A DNA stretch of 63,252 nucleotides, counting the filler, from Stramenopiles sp. TOSAG23-2 (Eukaryota): assembly GCA_900128395.1 (NCBI GenBank). It is 13 parts of 13 records of this genome, joined end to end, with 100 filler letters (N's around TTAATTAATTAA, not from the genome) between each part and the next. Parts side by side here need not be neighbours in the genome. Positions count along the whole stretch, not along the records: positions 11,863 to 17,691 come from LT650583.1; positions 17,792 to 23,617 come from LT650584.1; 11 more parts are not named here. The stretch is one strand, 5' to 3'. Position numbers and translations under genes: made by a program. The notes beneath the pieces are model-generated. The model had not been told where the DNA came from. It saw nothing but the letters and a program-made list of their open reading frames with translations, and searched no databases. Shown here in pieces: positions 12,110 to 22,566 of the stretch (its first letter is position 1; every line of letters begins with the position of its first letter).

Positions 12110-12928
12110 ATGCCGGAACAAAACAATTCATTTATGTGGAATTTATTCCTTACGTTTAAAAAAGCAAGTTGGTTTAAGATAATTGGTTACCCTGCTTACT
12201 TAGTTAGGACAAGAAAACAATTGGTAAGGTATCCATTTACTGCAAGTAATGGCAAAACATATTCTGGTACTATATTAGGAATAGCCCAACAACTTGCCGA
12301 TGAAGGCTTCGTAAATATGATAGCTTTAATACCGCAATGTTTCCGTGTACTTCCTACGCAAATGATTAATGCTGCTTTAAAAGATCCAGTTAAATCTTTT
12401 TTTAAAGTTGAAAAAGACTCCTCGTTTTTTAAAAGATTATTGTCTAATGTCTTGGCCGGAACAGTGGCGGGTGGGCTATCCTTGGCCGTTGTGTATGGCT
12501 TGGATCGATATCAAACAGTATCTGCACTTCCACCAGAGTGTGTAACAGAACCAAGTACAATTTATGACATATACAGTGGATATGGTCTTGACATAGTTGG
12601 TATAATGGTGTACCGTGGATTATATTTTGGGTATTATGATACAGCGAAGGGCAGCAAAGATTTATTATTTCCAAAAGGCTTTATGGGACACTTTGTTAAT
12701 CTCAGAAGCGTGTTACAGCTAGTATGTTATCCTCTTGGTACTATTAGTCTAACGCAAAGGGTACATTGTTGTACAATATCAGAAGCTATTTCGATCATTA
12801 ATGATCATCCAGATGGTTTGTGGGAAGGATATATGGGTGGATGGAAAGAATCATTTGTGCTTCATGTTGTCATTGGCATTGGTTTTCATTATTTATACAA
12901 ATTGTATCCTACGGAAAATAAGAAGTAA
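12110..12928 (+). CDS. Highly divergent ADP/ATP-carrier-like mitochondrial carrier (SLC25), tandem paralog of the next gene
   Basis: RVLPTQMINAALKD (cf. RYFPTQALNFAFKD) and GIMVYRGLYFGYYDTAKG. Shares RKQLxRYP, SALPPxCVxEPST and HPDGLWEGYMGGWKE with 13704-15096. Confidence 0.75.
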   Translation: MPEQNNSFMWNLFLTFKKASWFKIIGYPAYLVRTRKQLVRYPFTASNGKTYSGTILGIAQQLADEGFVNMIALIPQCFRVLPTQMINAALKDPVKSFFKVEKDSSFFKRLLSNVLAGTVAGGLSLAVVYGLDRYQTVSALPPECVTEPSTIYDIYSGYGLDIVGIMVYRGLYFGYYDTAKGSKDLLFPKGFMGHFVNLRSVLQLVCYPLGTISLTQRVHCCTISEAISIINDHPDGLWEGYMGGWKESFVLHVVIGIGFHYLYKLYPTENKK

Positions 12929-13703
12929 GAGATATTAAATGCTATACTATACGAGGCCTCGTATATAGTGTGCCAGCCAAATTCGATTTTTTTTTCTTGT
13001 GGCAGTGGCCTGACCTCAAATGAAAACTTCCTCAATTTTGCCTTAGCTATAGCTATATATACAAAATCGCTTAGTAGATTATCTCATGGAGCTTTAAATG
13101 GGGTGGTTACAAAAACATAAATAGAGTTTTTTTTTTTTTTCTCTTGTGTCTCTTAAAAAATTATTGATTTTTTTGATCTCACAAACCGCAAACTCATGAA
13201 TTAAAAGGGAAAAAAAAATACGCGCGAGGTATGCCAATATTTATACATGTAAATGTATTTTACTGTATGACAATAAAAAAGATTTTTACATTTAACATTA
13301 AAATATCTATACGAATATTGTATTGTATTACACTTGCCTCGCAGTTTCAAAAGGAAATGTCTCCAGGATGTTCCCCATCACTTGCACACTGCACACTTTA
13401 TCGATTAAACACTAACATTGTAGTATTTCTATGCACCATAACCACCTCGATCCTCATTTTAGGTATCTTTTGTATAAAATAAATAACAGGTACACAGTAT
13501 GGGAAAACAGATTAATAAAAAAAAATCCTCCTTCTTTTTTACCTCTACGACAAAAATATATATAAAAAATAAAGAAATAATATTAATTAATACAGACAGA
13601 CATAGATAGATAGATATTTCATCACATATTATATGTATATATATATATATATACATATATAAACATACATATATATATAGAAGCGCGCCAGTTGGGAAAA
13701 AAA

Positions 13704-15096
13704 ATGCCGCCGCCATCAAACCAACGAAAGGTACGGTTAAGTTTTTTGGAAAGTTTATGCTTAGCTGGTGGTGCAGCAGCTTGTTCCAAGATTGTTTCTA
13801 CTCCATTGGAAAATATTAAAATACGCAAACAACTTATAAGATATCCATGTACTTCAAGTAGCACTGGTAAAGTATATTCTGGTACAACTCTTGGAATATT
13901 TCAGCAACTTACTGATGAAGGTTTTTTTCTAGGTATTATGGGGGGGTGTGGTACCAAATGTACTTCGTTATTACCCCACACAAGCTTTAAATTTTGCTTT
14001 TAAAGATTCAATTAAATCTTATTTCAAACCGGGAAAAGATTCATCATTTTTTAAAAAAATATTATATAATACAATATCAGGTACTCTTGCTGGAACGATA
14101 ACCTTAGGTGTTGTATATGGTATGGATCGATGGCGTACAGTATCTGCACTTCCTCCAGGGTGTGTAATAGAACCAAGTACATATTATCAAATGTATAGTG
14201 GCTTTGGCGTGTCATTATTAGGTATGTTTGTTTATCGTGGATCGTATTTTGGGATTTATGATATGGTAGGAAGTATAAGACAACATGTTTCATCATTTTG
14301 GGGAAGATTTGCGTTAGGGTATTCAGTTACATCAATAGCTGGACTTATAGTATATCCATTAGATACTATTCGTAGAACACAAATGATAAATTGCTGTACA
14401 GCATCAAAAGCAATTTCAATCATCCATGGTCATCCAGATGGTCTATGGGAAGGTTATATGGGTGGATGGAAAGAGAATGTTATTCGAGGACTTCTTGGGA
14501 CTATGGTTTTAATTACATTTGATTATTTCAAAGAGTTGTATATTAATAGTGTATATCCAAACGGAGGTGGATCTTCAACAACTACAAATAATGTGGATGA
14601 ACGACCGTTGATATTCAATGTGACTGCACCAGAAGGCTCAAGTCCTGGGCAAGTTATTAATGTACAAACGGAAGTAGGTGTGATGCATTGTCAAATTCCA
14701 CCAGGTGTACAAGCTGGTCAAGTATTTCAAATACGTGCACCACCAGAAATGGAGCGAGCTGCTAGAGAAGCACAAAAGAAAATAACAGAAGAAAGAAACA
14801 AACATGTCGATTACATTGTTGCAAAACGTAAAGTTGGAGACAAAGTAGAGTATTTAGTTCATTTCAAAGATTCTAAATTGAAGGATGAATGGATAGATAT
14901 ATCAAGAAAATCAGGTGTTTATATTAGTTCCAAGAAAGTACAGCAATATAAAGAAATGGTACGTGGTATAATTTCAAATCTAGAAAATGAAAATGGAGAC
15001 GAGGAGATGATGAAATTATTGAAAGACAAAATTGGCGAGAGTGATTCATTATTATCAAATCCACCAATGCTTTCTAGACAAGATAGTGTTGATTGA
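13704..15096 (+). CDS. ADP/ATP-carrier-like mitochondrial carrier with a long C-terminal extension (Pro/Gly beta module plus chromo-like domain); +1 frameshift in a G7 run at 13940-13946
   Basis: AGGAAACSKIVSTPLENIK, NVLRYYPTQALNFAFKD, VYRGSYFGIYD, YPLDTIRR. Removing one G gives EGFFLGIMGGVVPNVLRYYP, which parallels repeat 3 (GLWEGYMGGWKENVIRG). Confidence 0.85.
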
Positions 15097-15723
15097 CAAT
15101 AAAAAGATGTGTATAAAATACAATATACGTATTATATGTGTGTTGTTGAGACGTATACATTATATAGAAAGGGAAAAGATCTTAATGCATAATGCGCGTT
15201 TTAAATTGTGTACGTTCGTAATTGATACGTCGTATATTCTATGGCAGCCAAAAAGATCAGACCAGCCATTTTACACATAGGATAAAAGAAAGCAGCAAGT
15301 GTTTAATTTCAATAGCTTTAGCAACAAGTATAGAAGATTTACTTGTATCATTTAAATCAATTGGGGAAACTATCGCAATACCTGGAAAAGTAAAGTACAT
15401 GTACATATTTCTAAAATATGATAACTATTGTTTGTACTTTTTTGTAGTGCCACTACTACTTTCATTTCCTATCAATAATGTCGTGGAAGTAGTACTTACA
15501 ACATTAAGTGCCATTTTGAAATCCACTAATAATCCTTCTCATTTTTACAAGGTGTGCGATTCACTATCTATAATTTTATTATTAATATGCCGGAAATCGT
15601 CATATACGCATGTTTTCATCTTTGCACCTTTCATCTGTCATCCGTCATGATACGACACAAGGAGATATACTTACAACCGTCTATCTTAACTTTCAAACAA
15701 AGAACTTTGGTATTATTTGAACG

Positions 15724-16662
15724 ATGTCATCTGAACGCCCCATTAAAAAACATAAAGTTGCTGGCTTAGACTGGGAAGCGATTAAGAAGGTCTTGGGTGA
15801 TGAAGATTTATTTGGAGAAATGAAAAAAGGAGATGTAACTTCGTTTGACATACAATTTGAAATTCATGCTAAAACGATACAAGTAATAACACTGGCTATT
15901 TTGCAACAAAAGAACTTGTCTCAGCTATCAGCAACTAATCACGACGAAAGTTGGGGGGACGACTGGTGCCATATCGAACCGCTTCTTTCTAAACTACCAA
16001 ACATAACCTGTTTGGATTTCAGTAATAGTGATATTAGTTACAATAACGACCAACAATGGAAAAAATTATCGCCTGCAATAGGGCGTCTTTTGAACTTAAC
16101 TTCATTGAACATACGGAATAATGGCATTAGATACGAAGGTTGGAAATATTTAAGTAATGCATTTACACATCTAAGCTGTTTAGAACACTTAGATATCAGT
16201 GAAAACTATGTAATGTTGTATGAGAATGAGGATGATGACGAAGACGACGACGATAAAGTTTACGTTGGGGACAGTATCAAAAAAATGTTTGCCACATTAT
16301 CCAAACTGGAAAAACTAAAAAGTTTAATTTTGGAAAATGTAACTATTAGCGATGCTTGCATTGAAGCTTTGGCTCCCTCGTTGGTGGAGATGAAGGCGCT
16401 GGAAATATGTGACTTACATGGTAATAATATAAGGGATGAAGGTGTGAAAATCTTAGTTTCCTGCTTGCCAAAAATGACAGCGTTATGTACACTTGATGCT
16501 AGTAATAACGATTTTAGCGACGAGAGCCAAATGATTTTAAAAGAAGCGTGGGAAAGCGCTGGAAAGGATTTAGATCAGTTAAGTCTCATAAAAAATACTT
16601 CATCCGATGACGATTCAGACATTGACGAGTCAGACGATGATGATTCAGACAATGGCGATTAA
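15724..16662 (+). CDS. Leucine-rich repeat protein (ribonuclease-inhibitor/RanGAP-like 28-aa LRRs) with acidic tail
   Basis: LxxLxLxxNxI repeats: LTSLNIRNNGI, LEHLDISENYV, LEICDLHGNNIRDEG, LCTLDASNNDF. Confidence 0.85.
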   Translation: MSSERPIKKHKVAGLDWEAIKKVLGDEDLFGEMKKGDVTSFDIQFEIHAKTIQVITLAILQQKNLSQLSATNHDESWGDDWCHIEPLLSKLPNITCLDFSNSDISYNNDQQWKKLSPAIGRLLNLTSLNIRNNGIRYEGWKYLSNAFTHLSCLEHLDISENYVMLYENEDDDEDDDDKVYVGDSIKKMFATLSKLEKLKSLILENVTISDACIEALAPSLVEMKALEICDLHGNNIRDEGVKILVSCLPKMTALCTLDASNNDFSDESQMILKEAWESAGKDLDQLSLIKNTSSDDDSDIDESDDDDSDNGD

Positions 16663-16771
16663 TAAGTCATTACTCTAATTATCATTTATGAACATATATG
16701 CATATGATACATCAAATATGTATCATACATTTAAATATAATATTCGTATAATAATAATTTATATATAATTT

Positions 16772-17278
16772 AATTTACGCATAATTTATTTTTAATTTAC
16801 TCATGATAATTCCTACTCTTCAAAAGAATACAATAACTGAAATAATCTATATATATAATATTTTATTTAAAATTCTAAAATATCATCTGTGTACATCCCC
16901 TGTGTATTTGTATTAAAACAGTCGTCCATCATTATACGACGTATATATATTTAATTAATGCATAACTTATTTTTTAATTTACTAATGATAATTCCTACTC
17001 TCCAGAAAGAATACAATAACTGAGACAAATCTATCTCACTAAACTGAAAGATGGACAATGAATCGTAACATATATATATATATAAAGATGATGGTTAAAA
17101 TATATTCGTAAGTTTTACGACTCGTAATATGTAAATATATAATAATTTTATCCACCCTATTATATATATATCATATAAATTATACGCTTCGTATGATATA
17201 TATTTGTGCATTTATTGTATTCTTTTGAAGAGTAGGAATTATCATGAGTATATTAAAACAATGTATGATGCGTAAATT
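16772..17278. mobile_element. Putative MITE-like element with about 65-bp imperfect terminal inverted repeats
   Basis: Perfect 39-bp inverted pair at 16798-16836 and 17212-17250 (TACTCATGATAATTCCTACTCTTCAAAAGAATACAATAA), extended outward by AATTTACGCAT. A third, direct, diverged copy lies at about 16961-17023. The interior is non-coding and AT-rich. Confidence 0.45.
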
Positions 17279-17791
17279 TAAATATTTGTGCATTTATACT
17301 TCGTAATATCTGGGGGAAATAAAATATAAAAAATGATAAAAGCGGAAAAATTACGAACCTATAAAAAATATATTATATTTTATCTCTTTTGTTATTTTAA
17401 AAATGAGCTCTTCTGTACGACTTGTACTCCTCCAGAAAGCAGAGTGTGTGGATACCAGATACATGCAAAACATACCACCAAATCTATCAAGATTTATTAT
17501 ATATATTATATACGATTATACTTCGTACAAGTATTATGATGACATATATTTAAACAATACAAAAGAGCATACATTACTTTCTCATCACAAATACATTATG
17601 ATGCCACAAACTATATCACGTCTATTATTCTCTTTCATCTTTTTTTCCTATACCTTTGCTAACAAACACTTTAGCAATTTCAAACAATTCANNNNNNNNN
17701 NNNNNNNNNNNNNNNNNNNNNNNNNNNNNNNNNNNTTAATTAATTAANNNNNNNNNNNNNNNNNNNNNNNNNNNNNNNNNNNNNNNNNNNN

Positions 17792-18142
17792 AATATTACT
17801 GATGTACAAAGTATTGGTGAAGGATTAAAAACAAACAATACATTAACAACATTGTACCTAGACAATAATAATATTACTGATGTACAAAGTATAGGTGAAG
17901 CGTTAAAAACAAACAAGACATTAGAGGAATTGCACCTATATAGTAATAATATTACTGATGATGGTGGAATACAAAGTATTATTGATGCATTAAAAACAAA
18001 CAATACATTAAAGACATTGTCCCTACATAATAATCAACTTAGTGATAATATAATATCACAATTAAATGCTATAGAACAATATAAGAGAGATGGATCAAAC
18101 AGGTATCAACAAGTGGAAGGGATGGTGATAGCGGCATTGTAA
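17792..18142 (+). CDS. C-terminal fragment of an NLRC3/RI-like LRR protein, cut by contig edge
   Basis: Tandem NNITDVQSIGEALKTNKTLEELHLY-type repeats, open from the contig edge. Confidence 0.85.
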   Translation, partial: NITDVQSIGEGLKTNNTLTTLYLDNNNITDVQSIGEALKTNKTLEELHLYSNNITDDGGIQSIIDALKTNNTLKTLSLHNNQLSDNIISQLNAIEQYKRDGSNRYQQVEGMVIAAL

Positions 18143-18218
18143 TTTATAATAGTTTAAGTTACAATAAACAACAACATCAGCATGGCCATGCAATTATTCA
18201 TAATTAGAATAATATGAA

Positions 18219-18312
18219 ATCACAATTAAATGCTATACAACAATATAAAATAGATGGATCAAACGGGTATCAACAAGTGGAAGGGATGGCACTGATGGTG
18301 ATAAGGACATAA
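18219..18312 (+). pseudogene. Duplicated, diverged copy of the LRR gene 3' end
   Basis: Near copy of 18055-18142: SQLNAIQQYKIDGSNGYQQVEGM versus SQLNAIEQYKRDGSNRYQQVEGM. Confidence 0.7.
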
Positions 18313-18597
18313 TAATTAATATATATTTATATACTACCAACTACAATATACTATCCATTTATTATCCGCGATCATCATCAAACTTCATCCTAATCCTCTT
18401 CGCACCTTCCGTGCTTCCCGTCCTTTTTTCCATTTTTTATTTATTAGAATTATTATTATTATTTATTCTAGATTCTAGCCAGCTAGATATTGTTTTGTAT
18501 GGAGAGAGTAAAAAAAAAGTAATATTAATGATTTTCTATCTCTATTCTATTAACTTTAATATAACATAATATAGTTACAATAAACAACAACATCAAC

Positions 18598-19899
18598 ATG
18601 GCATCTATTGGAACATCAAAACGACCAAAAAAGAAAAGAAAGAAAAGAAACAATAATAATCATGAAGGAAATTCTTCTTCTTCTTCTAGCTCTATTGCTG
18701 TTCCTTTTTCCACTACTATAGTACCTGGTACTGTAGATGAAGTAGAAAACCAATTTGAACTAATGGTTGGTAGTAAAGAAAAGGTAAAAGAATTCTTCGA
18801 TACAACTTGGGAAAAAAAGCCACGAGTATATAGAAATGGTGATGATTGTAAAACAACACCACCATTCCATAACTTTAAAAAAGACAATTTAATGGAAATT
18901 TTGCATTTTGCTCAAGCAGCTCATAAAAGAGAGAAAATATTAAACAGATGGGAAGGGCCGAGGGATGTATTGTTATTTATGAAAAATAGAACTCCAAATT
19001 TTTCCTATGAGTCGCCATTTCATGCATATTTAGATGGTGCATCTATTATTTGTAATCATATGGAATATTATTCAAAGGCTGTGTATAGTTTATGTGTAAA
19101 TTTACGTAAAACATTCCCACATGTCTTTGTCAATACGTACCTCACTCCGCCAAATTCTCAAGCGGTTGCACCACATGCTGATGATAGAGATGTGCTTGTT
19201 TGGCAATCAGCTGGTAAAAAAAAATGGATTGTATACAAAGACCCACCAATTCCTTTTCCATATCATAAGGAACAAGTTGGTAAATCAAATGAGTACCAAA
19301 TACCTGATAATATATTGAAGAAAACAGCTGAGCCATATTTAGAAATAACATTGAACCCAGGTGATATATTGTATATACCACGAGGATATGTACATGAAGC
19401 ATATACAAGTAAATCGAATCCATCTTTCCATTTGACAATTGCTTTGAAAACTGATGATTGGTCGTTTGCAAATCAAATGGAAATAATCTTGATGATAGAA
19501 AGAAATAATATTAACAAAAATCTAGTCCAGCAATTTCGCAAATGGGCTGATACAATTGATGAGAATGGCACAAATCTCAAATGGCGACATTCTGTTCCAC
19601 CACATTTCATATGTGAAAAATTAAAAAATTTATATTCAGATGCTGAGAAAAAAAGAACATTTGAAGATATAATACGAAGTTTAAGTGGTTATGGGGAAAA
19701 GAATAATATTCAACAATTCATTAATGTGGCATATTCTTTATCTTTTACTGAATTTGAATTTTCGTTTAGATGTTATATTTTTTCAAAGAATATGCCACAA
19801 GACATTGAATTTCGAGGGGAACCAAGGGTAAGAAAAATTTACGATGAGAAGGCAAACAAAACTAATAATCCCGGACTAAGTATGCATGCATCTGAATGA
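18598..19899 (+). CDS. JmjC/cupin 2-oxoglutarate oxygenase of the ribosomal oxygenase (NO66/MINA/RoxA)-like family
   Basis: FFDTTWEKKP, NTYLTPPNSQAVAPHADDRDV (HxD), GKKKWIVY, LNPGDILYIPRGYVHEA (distal His), SFHLT. Basic NLS-like N-terminus. Confidence 0.9.
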   Translation: MASIGTSKRPKKKRKKRNNNNHEGNSSSSSSSIAVPFSTTIVPGTVDEVENQFELMVGSKEKVKEFFDTTWEKKPRVYRNGDDCKTTPPFHNFKKDNLMEILHFAQAAHKREKILNRWEGPRDVLLFMKNRTPNFSYESPFHAYLDGASIICNHMEYYSKAVYSLCVNLRKTFPHVFVNTYLTPPNSQAVAPHADDRDVLVWQSAGKKKWIVYKDPPIPFPYHKEQVGKSNEYQIPDNILKKTAEPYLEITLNPGDILYIPRGYVHEAYTSKSNPSFHLTIALKTDDWSFANQMEIILMIERNNINKNLVQQFRKWADTIDENGTNLKWRHSVPPHFICEKLKNLYSDAEKKRTFEDIIRSLSGYGEKNNIQQFINVAYSLSFTEFEFSFRCYIFSKNMPQDIEFRGEPRVRKIYDEKANKTNNPGLSMHASE

Positions 19900-19912
19900 T
19901 CTCTTCTCTAAG

Positions 19913-20687
19913 AGAGAGGAGTAAATAGTGTGTGTGTGTGTGTGTCTGTCTGTCAATGCCAGTTTACAATATCCACCACATTGTGTGTATGATAGACTAA
20001 AATATATATATATATATATACGAAAAGAGTATAAAATGCTATTTACACACCACCTACCACAGCAGGTCCATCATTATAATATTATATTTTTATTTTAAAT
20101 CGAGAGTTCACTTACACTCTTTTTCACATGGAATTAAAATACCCAACTCTACACAAACGTATGCAAAACATACCTTACTCCATGCACACAAACTATATTA
20201 GGGCCTGATTCATACGTACGTAGACTTACTAGAGAAGAGAAAGAGGAGAGGAGTAAAAAAAATACTGATGATGATAATAATAATAAAGGTGGGATTGTTG
20301 CAAGAGATTGTTTAAGTTCATATTTTGGTGCGATTTTACAAAGTATTAATGATCATACACCTGTACGAATTGGTTCATTTGGTAGTAATGAAGAGAATAC
20401 AGGAATGTTGTGTGCATGGAGTAAGGTATGTTTTGCATACGTTTGTGTAGAGTTGGGTATTTTAGTTCCATGTGAAAAAGAGTGTAAGTGAACTCTCGAT
20501 TTAAAATAATATAATATTTATTTATAAATATGTTATACCTGCTGTGGTAGGTGGTGTGTAAATAGCATTTTATACGAATACTTCGTATATATATTTTACG
20601 TAGTCTATCATACACACAATGTGGTGGATATTGTAAACTGGCATTGACAGACAGACACACACACACACACACTATTTACTCCTCTCT
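19913..20687. repeat. Long inverted repeat: arms 19913-20191 and 20408-20687, 216-bp spacer
   Basis: The arms are reverse complements over about 280 bp with a few substitutions and indels. Each carries a (GT/AC)n microsatellite. The repeat fills the gap between the convergent JmjC and ATG4 genes. Confidence 0.92.
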
Positions 20688-20694
20688 TTCTAAA

Positions 20695-21951
20695 TCAAAG
20701 TAAATCCCATTCATCGTCTTCACCATCACCAATTGATGATGGGCTACTTTTGCCACTATTGTCATTATTACTACCAGTGCTACTCAATAAATCTACGGAC
20801 AATGTATCCATTGGATTCACGTCGACCAAACCAAAAAACATTGGTGTTGTTTTACCAATCGTATCAATCTCGTTACAAAATTGATTAAATTCATCTTCAT
20901 TATGAATCAAAAAACCAAGTGCTAATGAAGCATCAATTTCCTTGGCATTCATACGACGAGGTGTTGGTGAATGATACGATAATAATTCTTCCAATGTAGG
21001 AAAGCGTGGACCATAATCCACTGTACTTTGTACACGATGTGGATCCATATAAAAAATATCAGTACCTGATCGACCATTGAAATAGACGGAATGTCGCGGT
21101 TTTCCTCCAATAAAACCAACTGATTGTGGCAAATCAATTATTTTACATAATGCATTGATAAATTTTTCATTAATTTTCAAACTAGAACCACGGCCTAAGA
21201 TAGAACATGGTATAATTAAAAATAAATCAGAAGACCAATCATGACCAGATGAAGGTTTTTTTTCATTGCTACTATTGTTATTATTATTATTCATGTTATC
21301 ATTATTACTTGTACTACTTTTTTTCTTGTTGTTACTATTATTATCATTTACAACTAAATCCAATACATCCTTTTTCACAACAACACCACTTGATGCAACA
21401 TATACTTCAACATTTATATTTGGATGTGAATTTACTAAATCACGCAAGACGATGGAAATTGCTTCTGGGCCATACCAATCACCTGGCCGTTTACCATATT
21501 GTAAACCAACTTGTACAATTCTATGTATTGAAAAATCACATTTTATATTTGGTGCATCTACAAATTGTAACAATATTTCTTTATGTGCAATTGAATAAGA
21601 TCTATTTTGACTACCGGACACAGGTTCATCTAAACGCCAATCTCTACCTAATTTTCGACGTAATAATACTTCTGCTAACATCATTTGACCAGATCGAATC
21701 ATGCAGCCCCATCCAGCATCTGATGTCAATGGAAATGTAGGTGGTGATGGTACTAAAGCACGAAAACTTCTACGGTAGGTAATCCATATGTGAGAACGAA
21801 AATCAGCTAAAAATTCTCGTTCACCTTTTTCATTCGACGTATCGTATTCTTTACCATATAACGAAGAAGTACTAGTTTCATCTTTTAATTTCTTATTTTT
21901 ATTATTCATTTTTGATATTTTTTTAATTGTATCTGTAACAAGTGACGACAT
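20695..21951 (-). CDS. ATG4: Autophagy cysteine protease ATG4 (peptidase C54)
   Basis: IWITYRRSF, TSDAGWGCMIRSGQMMLA (catalytic Cys), GDWYGP, GFIGGKPRHSVYF, YMDPH (Asp/His), acidic C-terminal LIR-like EDDEWDLL. Confidence 0.95.
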   Translation of the reverse strand: MSSLVTDTIKKISKMNNKNKKLKDETSTSSLYGKEYDTSNEKGEREFLADFRSHIWITYRRSFRALVPSPPTFPLTSDAGWGCMIRSGQMMLAEVLLRRKLGRDWRLDEPVSGSQNRSYSIAHKEILLQFVDAPNIKCDFSIHRIVQVGLQYGKRPGDWYGPEAISIVLRDLVNSHPNINVEVYVASSGVVVKKDVLDLVVNDNNSNNKKKSSTSNNDNMNNNNNNSSNEKKPSSGHDWSSDLFLIIPCSILGRGSSLKINEKFINALCKIIDLPQSVGFIGGKPRHSVYFNGRSGTDIFYMDPHRVQSTVDYGPRFPTLEELLSYHSPTPRRMNAKEIDASLALGFLIHNEDEFNQFCNEIDTIGKTTPMFFGLVDVNPMDTLSVDLLSSTGSNNDNSGKSSPSSIGDGEDDEWDLL

Positions 21952-22566
21952 TATTATTATTATTACTACTAACGTTTTTGAATACTAAAATATATAATTT
22001 CAAAAATAATAATAATAATAATGAATAATGTCACTTTTGTCAATCAATCTATGTGTGTGTGTGTGTGTGAACGTGCGTCTCGAGTAAGTGACGGTTTTCT
22101 CCAAATACTATGATTAATAATATATAATACGACGACGTTGATTATCTTGTTTGTAAACTATATGTGTCTTTGCATTTTGTTCTACCATCATCAGTTAATT
22201 ATTAATATTTGTAAAAATATATTGAATTACAATTATTAATTATATTTTGTGCTTTTTCGAAATTTTTTTGGTTGTGAGCTTGAAAGACTATAACTACGCC
22301 TATGTTAAAGTTATACTTGTACTCCCCGAACTTTTTAAAGTGTTAGTAAAATGTTAATAATAATATATTTGAATTAAAAGTAATATTTTTAAATTTTTAT
22401 TTTTTATAAGACACATTGACACACATATAGATATATATCATTATATATATGTACGTGTGTGTGTGTGTGTTCTACAATATGGCTGGTGCGGGTTATATAT
22501 ATATATATACGAAGTATAGTATCATATATACAACTCATTCATTCAAGTTGCTTTCCTATGAAGTAG

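Noticed and set aside
13330-13460. Moderately GC-rich intergenic stretch considered as a snoRNA or tRNA
   Set aside because: No cloverleaf, T-loop consensus or paired C/D boxes found.
15222-15650. 142-aa ORF and a possible minus-strand exon relic between the carrier and LRR genes
   Set aside because: No recognisable domain, and the candidate splice sites on the minus strand are not phase-compatible.
20346-20672. 108-aa ORF within the inverted-repeat arm
   Set aside because: It starts in a GT microsatellite, is not preserved in the other arm because of indels, and has no recognisable motif.
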